Assembly (NCBI GenBank): GCA_963791515.1 | Contig: CAWBSS010000009.1 | Span: 95,407-159,406, forward strand | Length of the DNA stretch: 64,000 nt | Source of the DNA: an uncultured Acidobacteriaceae bacterium | GTDB lineage: Bacteria; Acidobacteriota; Terriglobia; Terriglobales; Acidobacteriaceae | Reading direction: 5' to 3' | Shown here: in pieces, positions 21,275 to 30,220 of the stretch | Numbering within the stretch: the first letter of the stretch is position 1 | Layout: every line of letters begins with the position of its first letter | Translations under genes and position numbers: made by a program | Notes under the pieces: model-generated | Told to the model about the DNA's origin: nothing | Database searches by the model: none | Seen by the model: the letters and a program-made list of their open reading frames with translations, nothing else

Positions 21275-22197
21275 GTGATGATCACTTTTGAGCATTTCGT
21301 TCTGGAGCGGTTCGAACCGAACATTCTCCCGACGATTCGCTTCTCGACTCAGCGTCTCTATCGCTCTTTAAGCCGCAAGCACTTGCTGCCCTTTTTCGGC
21401 AGGATGCGCTTGTCAGAAATCGGAGCCGCAGACGTGCAAATGTTTTTGACGGAGACCGCGAAGCGAGTGGCACCCCGGACGGTGCTGTCGCTGCGGAATC
21501 GACTGTCCAAGATATTTTCCGTTGCGGTCCGCTGGGGCTACGTGCAGTCAAACCCCGTCAAGGGGGCCCAAGTTTCCGAGCTGACCGACGTTCGGAAGCG
21601 AATGGCCCTAGCCCGCAAAGCAGTTTTGGGCATTGTCTCGGGAGCTCGTCGGAACCCTACCGCACGATGGCGCTGGTGGCGGTTCTCTCTGGGATGCGAT
21701 CCGGGGAGATCTTCGGCCTGCGCTGGAGGTACGTGGATTTCGAGGAGCGTTCCATTCTGGTGGCGGAGACGGTCTACCAGGGCCGTTCTTCGATGCCCAA
21801 AACCAGGGCTTCCAATCGCAAGGTCTTCATCCAGGACTTAGCTTTGGAAGCTCTGCAGCGGTTGAAGTCATCCGAAGTCGGACCCGACGATTTTGTATTC
21901 TGTACGTCGAGGGGCACGCCTTTCAACCCCAACAACGTCCGGAATCGAGTCCTGATTCCAGCTTGCCGAAAGGCGGGCCTCCCGCTCATTGGCTGGCATG
22001 ACATGCGGCGCACCTTCGCTACCTGGTCGAATCCTACCGGGGAGAGCCTGAAGGCGCTGCAGACGCAACTAGGACACACCGATTCGCGGCTAACGCTGCG
22101 GGTTTATACCCAGCCGATGCCGGAAGCGCAACGGCAACTGGCGAGCAAAGTGGAAAGGGTTTTGCTCCCAGTTGCGCCCAACTTCGGCACTCCCTGA
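21275..22197 (+). pseudogene. tyrosine recombinase/integrase, frameshifted
   Basis: The N-terminal SAM-like domain is in one frame (ORF 21275-21841). The catalytic domain is in another (ORF 21667-22197) with GMRSGE (Arg), WHDMRRTF (HxxR), LGH and RVYT (Tyr) motifs. It lies directly next to the tRNA-Arg 3' end. Confidence 0.75.
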
Positions 22198-22238
22198 AAT
22201 GGCTCGGAGGGGGTAATCCAGTGAAACCAAACAAGAAG

Positions 22239-22286
22239 ATCTGGTGCGCCCGGAGAGATTCGAACTCCCGACCTGTTGCTCCGGAG
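22239..22286 (-). repeat. tRNA-proximal att copy (48-nt direct repeat)
   Basis: Identical to 17781-17828. Covers the tRNA from the first base of the anticodon loop through CCA, plus 3 nt beyond. Confidence 0.85.
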
Positions 22287-22318
22287 GCAACCGCTCTATC
22301 CAGCTGAGCTACGGGCGC
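22242..22318 (-). tRNA. tRNA-Arg (anticodon CCG)
   Basis: Hand-folded 77-nt cloverleaf: GCGCCCG/TA/GCTC-AGCTGGATA-GAGC/G/GTTGC-CTCCGGA-GCAAC/AGGTC/GGGAG-TTCGAAT-CTCTC/CGGGCGC/A/CCA. The anticodon loop CT-CCG-GA gives CCG. Confidence 0.9.
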
Positions 22319-22480
22319 GCACGGATGTTTACAGTCTACATGGGGAAGGGAAATGGCTTCAACGCCACCTTGCCCGCGGATTAGCCGAAAGGCGGCTGGA
22401 AAGCCCATGCCAACGGGTCACGAAGGCACCTCGCAACACCAGCCGCAACCGCCGACTTGGTAGCACTGTCATGGAAGAAG

Positions 22481-22517
22481 AACCGCGCCTGCAGCGCGTA
22501 GCCTGACAGGCGCGGTT
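22481..22517 (-). terminator. putative intrinsic terminator downstream of the RRM protein gene
   Basis: 11-bp perfect stem (aaccgcgcctg / caggcgcggtt) with a 15-nt loop. On the minus strand it is followed by CTTCTTCC, a weak U-tract. Confidence 0.4.
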
Positions 22518-22546
22518 CGGTCAGATTTTCCCTGGGAGAATCCCTG

Positions 22547-22891
22547 CTAATAGCGGTCGCGGCGCCCGCCACCACCGCCGCCCCGGCCGCCACGATCTCC
22601 GCGATCCCGGCCACCCCCGCCTCCACCACCGCCACCACTGCGTTCAGTCTTGGGCCGCGCTTCGTTGACATTGATCGTGCGCCCGCCCACTGAGGAGCCA
22701 TTCAAGGCGGTGATCGCCTTGTCGCCGTCTTCGTTGCTGGCCATCTCCACGAAGCCGAAACCACGAGAGCGCCCGGTGTCCCGGTCCGTCATGATGCTCA
22801 CGCGGTCCACTTGTCCGAAAGGTTCAAAAAGCGTCCGGAGCTCGTCTTCGTTTGTATTGAAGCTCAGATTCCCCACGAAAATATTCTTCAC
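22547..22891 (-). CDS. RRM-type RNA-binding protein with Gly/Arg-rich tail
   Basis: ORF trimmed to GTG at 22891 (GAGG about 9 nt upstream). Has RNP2 IFVGNL, RNP1 RGFGFVEM and a C-terminal GGGGGGGRDRGDRGGRGGGGG tail. Confidence 0.85.
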   Translation of the reverse strand: MKNIFVGNLSFNTNEDELRTLFEPFGQVDRVSIMTDRDTGRSRGFGFVEMASNEDGDKAITALNGSSVGGRTINVNEARPKTERSGGGGGGGGGRDRGDRGGRGGGGGGRRDRY

Positions 22892-23081
22892 GCGTCTGCC
22901 TCTGCATTGAGCTGTCGAAAGTGCGAGCAATTCGGCGGACTTGGCAGGTCGGGTGGGCCGTTCCTGAAAATCGAGACCGGAGCTGGCGAACAGTCAAATG
23001 CGGCGAGCAGTATAGCAGGTTTTTTGAAACCAGCTTGTTAAATTGATTTTAAAATGAGTAGCTTGGCCCGGTCGCGAACAG

Positions 23082-23318
23082 CTAGCACTCGTCCACCTTC
23101 CAGTATCCCTCAGGGTGGAATCCCATCTGCAGCAGCCGGTTCTTGGGATCGTGTCTCTTCCCACAACCGGGACAGACCAGATAGCGGCTCCAGGCGGTAC
23201 CTTGATGATCGTAGTTCTCAGCTACCGCAAACGTTGTCCCGCAACTGCAGGGGACCAGGAACATGCGCAGCGGCGCCTTACTTTTCGCACTCTTTTCGGA
23301 CTTGCGCTGGCGCGTCAC
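23082..23318 (-). CDS. small Zn-ribbon-like protein (hypothetical)
   Basis: 78-aa ORF with CSCG...CPGCG cysteine pairs. Its GTG start overlaps the typA stop as GTGA (23315-23318), suggesting translational coupling. Confidence 0.5.
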   Translation of the reverse strand: MTRQRKSEKSAKSKAPLRMFLVPCSCGTTFAVAENYDHQGTAWSRYLVCPGCGKRHDPKNRLLQMGFHPEGYWKVDEC

Positions 23319-25138
23319 GACTCCTCGACAGTTGCGAATGAGCTCTTCTTGCGTTTATTCGACTGCAGGGTTTTCTTGCGAAGCCGCAGCGACTTGGGAG
23401 TAATTTCCACGAACTCATCGTCGGCGATGAATTCGATGGCCTGCTCCAGATTCAATGGCCGGAAGGGCACCAGGCGAATCGCCTCATCCGCCGTCGAAGC
23501 GCGCATGTTCGTCAGCTTCTTCTCCCGCACAGCATTCACATCGAGATCTGTATCCTTGGCGTTTTCCCCGATGATCATGCCTTCGTACAGTTCCACGCCC
23601 GGTCCCACGAAAAGTTCTCCACGCTCCTGCAGGCCCCACAGAGCGTACGCCGTCGACACGCCGCCGCGATCGGCGATCAGCGCGCCCGTGAGCCGGTGAG
23701 GAATCTCGCCTTGCCATTCGGTATACCCGTCAAACAGCGCGTTCATCACGATGGTTCCGCGCGTGTCCGTGAGCAACTGGCTGCGCAGCCCGATCAATCC
23801 ACGGCTGGGCACGCGGAACTCGATCCGCACCCGTCCGTAGCCGTGATTGTGCATGTTGGTGACTTCGCCTTTGCGTGACCCGAGTTGCTCCATCACCACG
23901 CCGACGAAATCTTCTGGCACGTCCACCGTGAGATGTTCGACCGGTTCCATCAACTTGCCATCGATGCGCTTGGTGACAATCTCTGGCTTGCCCACCATCA
24001 GTTCGTAGCCTTCGCGCCGCATCATCTCAATCAGGATGGAAAGTTGCAGCTCGCCGCGACCCAGCACCTTGAACGAATCCGTGGTGCCCGTGTCCTCGAC
24101 CCGCAAAGAAACATTGGTCAGAAGCTCTTTTTCCAGCCGCTCCCGCAAATTGCGCGACGTGACGTAGCTGCCGTCCTTCCCGGCAAAAGGCGAGGTGTTG
24201 ACCGTGAACAACATGGCAATCGTGGGCTCATCGATTGCGATGTGAGGCAGAGGAGCGGGGTTCTCGGCTTCGGTAATGGTCTCGCCGATGGTGATTCCTT
24301 CGACCCCCGCGACCGCAATGATGTCCCCCAATTCCGTTTCGGTAATGTCGGTCCGCTTCAGTCCCGAGAAGGAAAATAATTTTGTGATCTTGGTTTTGTG
24401 CAACGTTCCGTCGAGCTTGGCGATGGCGACTTCCTCGCCCGTGAACATTTTTCCGTTGAACACGCGCGCGATCGCCAGCCGTCCCAGATAGTCGCTGTAG
24501 TCCAGGTTCGCCACCAGAATTTGCAGCGGCCCCGATGCGTCCCCCTTGGGGTGAGGAATCGTCTTCAGGATCGCATCGAACAGCGGCCGTAAATTCTCGC
24601 CGCCGCCCTTGATGTCCGTGGTCGCCGTGCCCGTCTTGGCATTCGTGTAGAGCACGGGGAAATCGATCTGGTCTTCTTTCGCGTCCAGATCGATAAACAG
24701 GTCGTAGATTTCGTTCAGCACTTCCTGAGGGCGCGCGTCCGAGCGATCAATCTTGTTGATCACAACAATGGGCGGCAGCTTGGCTTCCAGGGCCTTGCTC
24801 AGGACGTAGCGCGTCTGGGGCAGCGGGCCCTCGCTGGCATCCACCAACAGCATGACGCCGTCCACCATCTTGAGCGCGCGCTCCACCTCGCCTCCGAAGT
24901 CGCTGTGGCCGGGCGTATCCACGATGTTGATCTTCACGTCGTGATAAAAGATCGCGGTGTTCTTGGCCAGGATCGTGATGCCGCGCTCCCGCTCCAGTTC
25001 GTTCGAATCCATCACTCGTTCGACGTGGTGTTCGTTGGAGCGAAACGTGCCGCTTTGTTGCAGCATGGCGTCGACCAGCGTGGTTTTGCCGTGGTCAACG
25101 TGCGCGATGATTGCGATATTGCGAATGCCTGAACTCAA
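23315..25138 (-). CDS. typA: translational GTPase TypA/BipA
   Basis: 607-aa ORF with [15 protein letters not shown] (G1), DTPGH and NKID motifs. Length and domain order match BipA. Confidence 0.92.
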   Translation of the reverse strand: MSSGIRNIAIIAHVDHGKTTLVDAMLQQSGTFRSNEHHVERVMDSNELERERGITILAKNTAIFYHDVKINIVDTPGHSDFGGEVERALKMVDGVMLLVDASEGPLPQTRYVLSKALEAKLPPIVVINKIDRSDARPQEVLNEIYDLFIDLDAKEDQIDFPVLYTNAKTGTATTDIKGGGENLRPLFDAILKTIPHPKGDASGPLQILVANLDYSDYLGRLAIARVFNGKMFTGEEVAIAKLDGTLHKTKITKLFSFSGLKRTDITETELGDIIAVAGVEGITIGETITEAENPAPLPHIAIDEPTIAMLFTVNTSPFAGKDGSYVTSRNLRERLEKELLTNVSLRVEDTGTTDSFKVLGRGELQLSILIEMMRREGYELMVGKPEIVTKRIDGKLMEPVEHLTVDVPEDFVGVVMEQLGSRKGEVTNMHNHGYGRVRIEFRVPSRGLIGLRSQLLTDTRGTIVMNALFDGYTEWQGEIPHRLTGALIADRGGVSTAYALWGLQERGELFVGPGVELYEGMIIGENAKDTDLDVNAVREKKLTNMRASTADEAIRLVPFRPLNLEQAIEFIADDEFVEITPKSLRLRKKTLQSNKRKKSSFATVEES

Positions 25139-25270
25139 AAAGGATCCTTCCCGAAATAGTTGTCTACTACCACTTTACTATGGGGAAGATGAAACCACCA
25201 CGAAAGACGCCGCGGCTGAAAGATTAGTGCCGGCATGATCTAGGATCGTGCGGATCACTCGGGCAGCAGT

Positions 25271-26128
25271 TCACCGGTCCTGCAACGCGATGCTTTCGAC
25301 GAGATCGGCTCCGATCTCCGCGCTTCCTTCGGCTCGCACCCGCAGGCGGTACCAGAAAACTATCGTCACAAGGGAAAAGATAAAGATGATGGTCGACACC
25401 GCATTGATCTCTGGCGTGATGCCCCGCCGCAGCCTTCCCCAGATTTCCAGCGGCAGCGTGTTGTCGCGGCCGATGAGGAAGAAGCTGACCGCGATCTCGT
25501 CCATCGAGAGCGTAAAAATCAGCAGCGCCGCGCCAATGATCGGCAGCTTCAAATTCGGCACCGTCACGCGCCAGAACGTTTGCCAGTAGTTCGCTCCCAG
25601 GTCGAGTGACGCCTCTTCCTGCGCCCGATCGAGCTTTTGTAGTCCCGCGAAGACTTCGGTGGTCGCCACCGAGATCAAAGCCGTGCCGTGGCCTAGCACA
25701 ATCGTCATCAGGCTGAGCTTTGCGCCCACCACATTGAACAGCATGAGCAGCGAGAGGCCCGTGATGATGCCGGGCAAGATCAGCGGCAGCAGCACCAATC
25801 GCCGGAACAGCGCCTTGCCGGGAAACTGCGCCCGGTCCAGCGCCAGAGCCGCCGGTATTCCGCACGTCAGAGAGATCGCCATCGCCGCAAATGCCACCTG
25901 CAGGCTGTTCAGCACCGAATCCCAGATCGGCCCATCCGCGAACAGGATGCAGTACCAGTCGAGCGTGAGGTGATGCGGCGGAAATCCGCCTACTCCCTGG
26001 CCATTGAATGAATAAAGAATAAGGACCGCAATCGGAAGATAGAGAAACGAGAACACCGCCGCGGTATGCAGCAGCAGCCAGCGCGAACGCGGGACGTTGC
26101 CCGCACCGCCGCTCACGAGAAACTCCAT
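25271..26128 (-). CDS. ABC transporter permease (PotC-like)
   Basis: 285-aa ORF, 6 TM, with an EAA-type loop (QEEASLDLGANYWQTFWRVTVP). Overlaps the upstream permease gene. Confidence 0.8.
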   Translation of the reverse strand: MEFLVSGGAGNVPRSRWLLLHTAAVFSFLYLPIAVLILYSFNGQGVGGFPPHHLTLDWYCILFADGPIWDSVLNSLQVAFAAMAISLTCGIPAALALDRAQFPGKALFRRLVLLPLILPGIITGLSLLMLFNVVGAKLSLMTIVLGHGTALISVATTEVFAGLQKLDRAQEEASLDLGANYWQTFWRVTVPNLKLPIIGAALLIFTLSMDEIAVSFFLIGRDNTLPLEIWGRLRRGITPEINAVSTIIFIFSLVTIVFWYRLRVRAEGSAEIGADLVESIALQDR

Positions 26129-26961
26129 TTCTTTTCCAAACGCTCCGACAAGAACAGCAAGCTCACCACGATCACGAGCATGCCCAGCGAAATGGCCGCA
26201 CCCAAGGGCCAGTTGTACGCCGCGCCGAACAAACTCACCACGATATTCGAAATCATGATGCCGCTCGGTCCGCCCAGCAACAGCGGCGCAAGGAAATCGC
26301 CCAGGCTCAAGACAAAAGCGAACGTCGCCCCCGCCACCAGGCCGGGAATTGACAGTGGAAAAATAACTTTCCAGAATGTCTGCACTGGCGTCGCCCCCAG
26401 ATCATGCGAGGCCTCGACCAGGTTGCGCGGAATATGCTCCAACGCCGCATAAATCGGCAGAAACGTGAACGGCGTATAGATGTGCGTGAGCGTTAACACC
26501 ACGGCAAATGGGCTGTAGAGCAGAAAATCGAGCGGATGCCTGGTCAGGTGCACATACTGAAGCAGCGTGTTGAGCACGCCATCGGAACCGAGAATCGTCT
26601 TCCACGCATACGCTCGCACCAGATAACTGACCCACAGCGGAATGATCACCATCTGATACAGCAGATCTTTCCGCTTGCCCGCATAGAACGACAAAAAATA
26701 CGCCAGCGGATATCCCAGCAGCAGAGAAAGCAACATCACGCGTGCCGCGATCCACATGGAGCGCAGCAGCGTCTGCCAGTAAACCGTCTTCTGCATCAGC
26801 TCTTTATAATTCTCAAGATTCCACGAGTGCACGATGGCCTGCGCCGGCGAGACCGACCAGAAGCTGTAGCAGAACATCAGTAAGTACGGCGCCAGCAGAA
26901 ACACCGTCACCCACGCTAGCGGCGGTACCGTCACGACAGTCTTGTAGGCCCGGGAGAACAT
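26113..26961 (-). CDS. ABC transporter permease (PotB-like)
   Basis: 282-aa ORF, 6 TM, with an EAA loop (LVEASHDLGATPVQTFWKVIFP). Its start abuts the ATPase stop. Confidence 0.8.
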   Translation of the reverse strand: MFSRAYKTVVTVPPLAWVTVFLLAPYLLMFCYSFWSVSPAQAIVHSWNLENYKELMQKTVYWQTLLRSMWIAARVMLLSLLLGYPLAYFLSFYAGKRKDLLYQMVIIPLWVSYLVRAYAWKTILGSDGVLNTLLQYVHLTRHPLDFLLYSPFAVVLTLTHIYTPFTFLPIYAALEHIPRNLVEASHDLGATPVQTFWKVIFPLSIPGLVAGATFAFVLSLGDFLAPLLLGGPSGIMISNIVVSLFGAAYNWPLGAAISLGMLVIVVSLLFLSERLEKKWSFS

Positions 26962-28073
26962 CAGTTCCTTTCGGGAGACTCACGCACCAGCACCGCATCG
27001 GCAGGGGAGAATTCGAGCTCAACTGCGTTTTGTACTCCGCCGCCTCCGCTGGCCGTCCGCACCACCAAGACGAGTCCGTCGGCACATTCCACGCGAATCA
27101 ATTCCGTTGCCCCGTGAAACGCCTGATGCAAAACGCGACCACGAACGCGGACCGCACCACCGCTCCCCGAAGCCCCAGCTCCGGCCAGCCGCACATGTTC
27201 CGGCCGCAAAGAAAAAAGTGTCGGCCCATCGGGGAGCGAAGCCGGCCACGCCAGCGACGCGCATCGCACTACGCCGCCTTGCACTTCGCCCGTCAGCAGA
27301 TTCGTATGCCCGATGAACTGCGCCACATAGGCCGTTGCCGGACGGCTGTAAATTTCGCGTGGTGTCGCGACCTGTTCCAGTTCACCCGAACGCAGCAGTG
27401 CGATGCGGTCGGACATCACCATCGCCTCTTCCTGATCGTGGGTCACGAATACGAACGCAATGCCCACCTCGCGCTGCAGGGATTTCAGCTCCACTTGCAT
27501 CTGACGCCGCAGGTTCGCATCCAGTGCCGAAAGCGGTTCGTCGAGCAACAACAGTCGCGGCCGGTTCACCAGCGCGCGGGCCAGCGCAACCCGCTGCTGC
27601 TGCCCTCCGCTGATCTTCGAAGGTTTCGCCTTCGCGTATGCCGTCATTTTTACTTTGTCCAGCGCCTCCGCGACTCGTTGCGTAATCTCTGCTGCTGGCC
27701 GCTTGGCCACGCGCAACCCGTACGCCACGTTTTGCTCGACCGTGAGGTGCGGAAATAAAGCATAAGATTGAAACACGGTGTTGACGCGCCGCCGGTAAGG
27801 AGGCTGTTGATCCAGTCTCTCGGTCTCCATCCAAAGCTCGCCTGAACTCGCGGTCTCGAAGCCGGCAATAATCCGCAGCAGAGTCGTTTTTCCGGAACCG
27901 CTCTCCCCAAGAATGGTCAAGAATTCTCCCTCCGCAATTTCCAGCGAAACATTCCGCAACACCATGTTGCGGCCAAACGTTTTGGCCACATTCCGGATGC
28001 TGAGCAGGGCTGGCTTTGAGGGGGGCTGCGTGTTTGCTGCTACTGTGATGGCGGGAGTGATCGGGGATGCCAT
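26961..28073 (-). CDS. ABC transporter ATP-binding protein (PotA-like, with C-terminal TOBE-like domain)
   Basis: ORF trimmed to ATG at 28073. Has Walker A GESGSGKTT, signature LSGGQQQRVALARAL and Walker B LLLLDEP. Confidence 0.85.
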   Translation of the reverse strand: MASPITPAITVAANTQPPSKPALLSIRNVAKTFGRNMVLRNVSLEIAEGEFLTILGESGSGKTTLLRIIAGFETASSGELWMETERLDQQPPYRRRVNTVFQSYALFPHLTVEQNVAYGLRVAKRPAAEITQRVAEALDKVKMTAYAKAKPSKISGGQQQRVALARALVNRPRLLLLDEPLSALDANLRRQMQVELKSLQREVGIAFVFVTHDQEEAMVMSDRIALLRSGELEQVATPREIYSRPATAYVAQFIGHTNLLTGEVQGGVVRCASLAWPASLPDGPTLFSLRPEHVRLAGAGASGSGGAVRVRGRVLHQAFHGATELIRVECADGLVLVVRTASGGGGVQNAVELEFSPADAVLVRESPERN

Positions 28074-28117
28074 GGGATGTCTGTTCGCAGGCGACGCTCT
28101 CCGAATCGTCTGCTCCG

Positions 28118-29185
28118 TTATTGCGCAGCCTTGACGTCGTTCCAAATCTCGGTATATTTCGCGCGCCGCGGCACGTTCTGCCAGAAATACAGCCGCCTCT
28201 GGTAGCTCTCCACGTCGTCCAGATGCAGCGTCTTCACCTCGTCCCGTGTCATGAACTGCCCCGCTTGCGGATTTGCCGGAACATAATGCGTCTTGTCGGT
28301 CACCAGTTTTTGCGTCTTGGCTTCCACCATGTATTCCAGGAATTTGTGAGCGAGTTCTTTGTTTTCGCTCCCCGCTGTGATCATCAGGTGATCGATCCAG
28401 CCCGTGGTGTTTTCCTTGGGGATCGTTTCGCCCACAGGAAAATCCGCTTTCTTCAGGTCAGCGGTGTTGAGCGGCCAGCCCATGGCGATGACGATTTCGT
28501 GGCTCTCAAACAGATTTGTCAGCTCACCGCCTGTCCCCCACATTTTGCGGATGTTCGGTTTCAGCTCCAGTAGTTTTTTCTTGACCGCCTCAAGCTGCTG
28601 GTCGCTCAAGTTGTAAAGTTGCGACGGATCCGGTTTGTCATAGCCCAAAACCTGCGCCGCCATGTAGACCGTCGACAGATCGTCCCACACGGAAACTTTT
28701 CCTTTGTACTTCGGGTCCCACATCACGTTCCAGGAATCCGGGGGCTGCGCGAAGACCGTCGTATCGTAAATGATGGGATCCGGTCCCCACATGAACGGCA
28801 CGCCATACACCTGGCCGTTCGCGCGCACCAGCGGCAGGGAAGTGAGTTGCGGAGAAAGCTGGTTGTAGCTGGGAATCTTCGCAAGGTCGAGCGGCGCCGC
28901 CAATCCCGCGGTCGTGACCGAGGACGCCACATCGCTCGACGGTGAAATCACGTCGTAATTCCCCGCGCTGCCGCCGCGCAGCTTGGCCACCAGTTCATCG
29001 CTCGATCCCATATATGACGCTGTGACCTTGCAATGGTTCTGCTCTTCAAAGGCGTTGATAAACGAGGGATCGGCATAACCTTCCCACACCAGAAGGTTGA
29101 GCGTCGGCGTCTTCTTGGAACAGGAACCCGCACACACCACTGCTGCCATCAAGGGCAGCAAACGCACCCAGCGTTGCCAGTTCAT
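28118..29185 (-). CDS. polyamine-type ABC substrate-binding lipoprotein (PotD/PotF-like)
   Basis: ORF trimmed to ATG at 29185 (GGAGGA upstream). Lipobox VCAGSC. The LNLLVWEGYADPSFINAFEE...YDVISPSSD pattern is typical of spermidine/putrescine-binding proteins. Confidence 0.8.
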   Translation of the reverse strand: MNWQRWVRLLPLMAAVVCAGSCSKKTPTLNLLVWEGYADPSFINAFEEQNHCKVTASYMGSSDELVAKLRGGSAGNYDVISPSSDVASSVTTAGLAAPLDLAKIPSYNQLSPQLTSLPLVRANGQVYGVPFMWGPDPIIYDTTVFAQPPDSWNVMWDPKYKGKVSVWDDLSTVYMAAQVLGYDKPDPSQLYNLSDQQLEAVKKKLLELKPNIRKMWGTGGELTNLFESHEIVIAMGWPLNTADLKKADFPVGETIPKENTTGWIDHLMITAGSENKELAHKFLEYMVEAKTQKLVTDKTHYVPANPQAGQFMTRDEVKTLHLDDVESYQRRLYFWQNVPRRAKYTEIWNDVKAAQ

Positions 29186-29238
29186 TGTTCCTCCAGAGCC
29201 TCCCAATGCCCACCCCACGGTCGGTTCGGTGCTCCGTC

Positions 29239-30027
29239 CTAAAACGTTGGCGGAGTGTTAACCCACAAAAGCCAGGTCTCCTTGCGGCCGGGGTTCTTCC
29301 ACCGATGTGGCGACGCACTTTCAAAATAAAAACTGTCACCTGGCTTCAGCCGGTATTCCTCACCGTCCACCGCGATCTCCAGATCTCCGCGCAACACATA
29401 AATAAACTCTTCTCCCTCGTGGGTATAGGGATCTCCGCTGCCCGCTTCCGGCGCGATGCGAAACAGATGCGGCTCCATCACGGTATTGCCCCAGGCCAGC
29501 AGTTCCATGCGCACCCCCGCACCCGCTTCAAGAACCTTCCGTTCCGAGGGACGCACCCGCCGGCTGCTGGCTCCGGTGGCGTCAAAGAAATCCAGAATAT
29601 TCGTTTTGTAGAAGCGAGCCAGCTTGCGCAACGTTCCCACCGACCCGCTCATTTGAGAACGTTCCAGCGCGCTGAGAAATCCCACCGAGATGCCCACCGC
29701 CTGAGCCACCTGCGCTAAGGAAAGCCGACGCCGCGACCGCAGCTGCCGCAAATGCGCACCGATAGCACTGGCGTGTCCGTCCGCTGCCGGTCGTACCTTA
29801 CCCTCGCGCTTCAGCAACTGCACAATCGCAGCCGCATTCAACCCGCGCACTTTGCGCAAAAACCGCGCCCGCTTCAGCAACTTTACATCTTCCGCGGTGT
29901 AGAGCCGGTACTTGCTCTCCGTGCGCCGCGGCCTCGCCAGTCCCAGGCTCTCCCAAGAGCGGATAACCGACGGCGACACTTTCACCTTCCGCGCCACGTC
30001 TCCGATCTTTAAGTAAGGTTCGGCCAT
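29239..30027 (-). CDS. transcriptional regulator with MerR-type HTH, XRE-type HTH and cupin domains
   Basis: 262 aa. N-terminal LKIGDVARKVKVSPSVIRSWESLGL...YRLYTAEDV (MerR HTH), central LRQLRSRRRLSLAQVAQAVGISVGFLSALERS (HTH_3), C-terminal GEEFIYVLRGDLEI...PGDSFYFESASPHRWKN (cupin_2). First gene of the importer operon. Confidence 0.75.
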   Translation of the reverse strand: MAEPYLKIGDVARKVKVSPSVIRSWESLGLARPRRTESKYRLYTAEDVKLLKRARFLRKVRGLNAAAIVQLLKREGKVRPAADGHASAIGAHLRQLRSRRRLSLAQVAQAVGISVGFLSALERSQMSGSVGTLRKLARFYKTNILDFFDATGASSRRVRPSERKVLEAGAGVRMELLAWGNTVMEPHLFRIAPEAGSGDPYTHEGEEFIYVLRGDLEIAVDGEEYRLKPGDSFYFESASPHRWKNPGRKETWLLWVNTPPTF

Positions 30028-30051
30028 GCTGATCTTCAGCTCTAACGGGTT

Positions 30052-30080
30052 GGATTAGAAATCCAGATTAGAAATTTCTA
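30052..30080. promoter_or_regulatory. candidate operator: two adjacent AT-rich palindromes / 13-bp-spaced direct repeat
   Basis: ggatt-aga-aatcc (30052-30064) and the perfect 12-bp palindrome tagaaatttcta (30069-30080). GATTAGAAAT occurs at 30053 and again at 30066. They lie 25-53 nt upstream of the regulator ATG, in the divergent intergenic region. Confidence 0.4.
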
Positions 30081-30220
30081 TGGGAAGGACGCGTTTTTTT
30101 CTCCTTGACAGCTCCCATCCCTCTTCTCTAACCTTGCGGGATTATAGCAAGGTTGTGGCTGGATACAAGCTGTCGCTTTCAAACCAAAAATCAACTCTCT
30201 CGAGAATGTCTGGAGACCCC

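Larger units (their letters stand above)
17781..22286. mobile_element. decayed integrated element (islet) in tRNA-Arg(CCG)
   Basis: Bounded by a 48-nt perfect direct repeat, one copy of which is part of an intact tRNA. A tyrosine integrase remnant lies next to the tRNA. The interior has an IS110-family transposase and one cargo ORF, and is visibly more AT-rich than the flanks. Confidence 0.7.

Noticed and set aside
21633-22001. Third-frame 122-aa ORF inside the integrase region
   Set aside because: No recombinase motifs. The other two frames account for the integrase domains.
22034-22408. 124-aa minus-strand ORF
   Set aside because: Overlaps the tRNA-Arg gene and the integrase 3' end.
30150-30180. 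TGGCTG-N5-AAGC resembling a sigma-54 -24/-12 promoter upstream of the TonB receptor
   Set aside because: The -12 element does not match TTGC and no enhancer-binding protein gene is nearby. Too weak to call.
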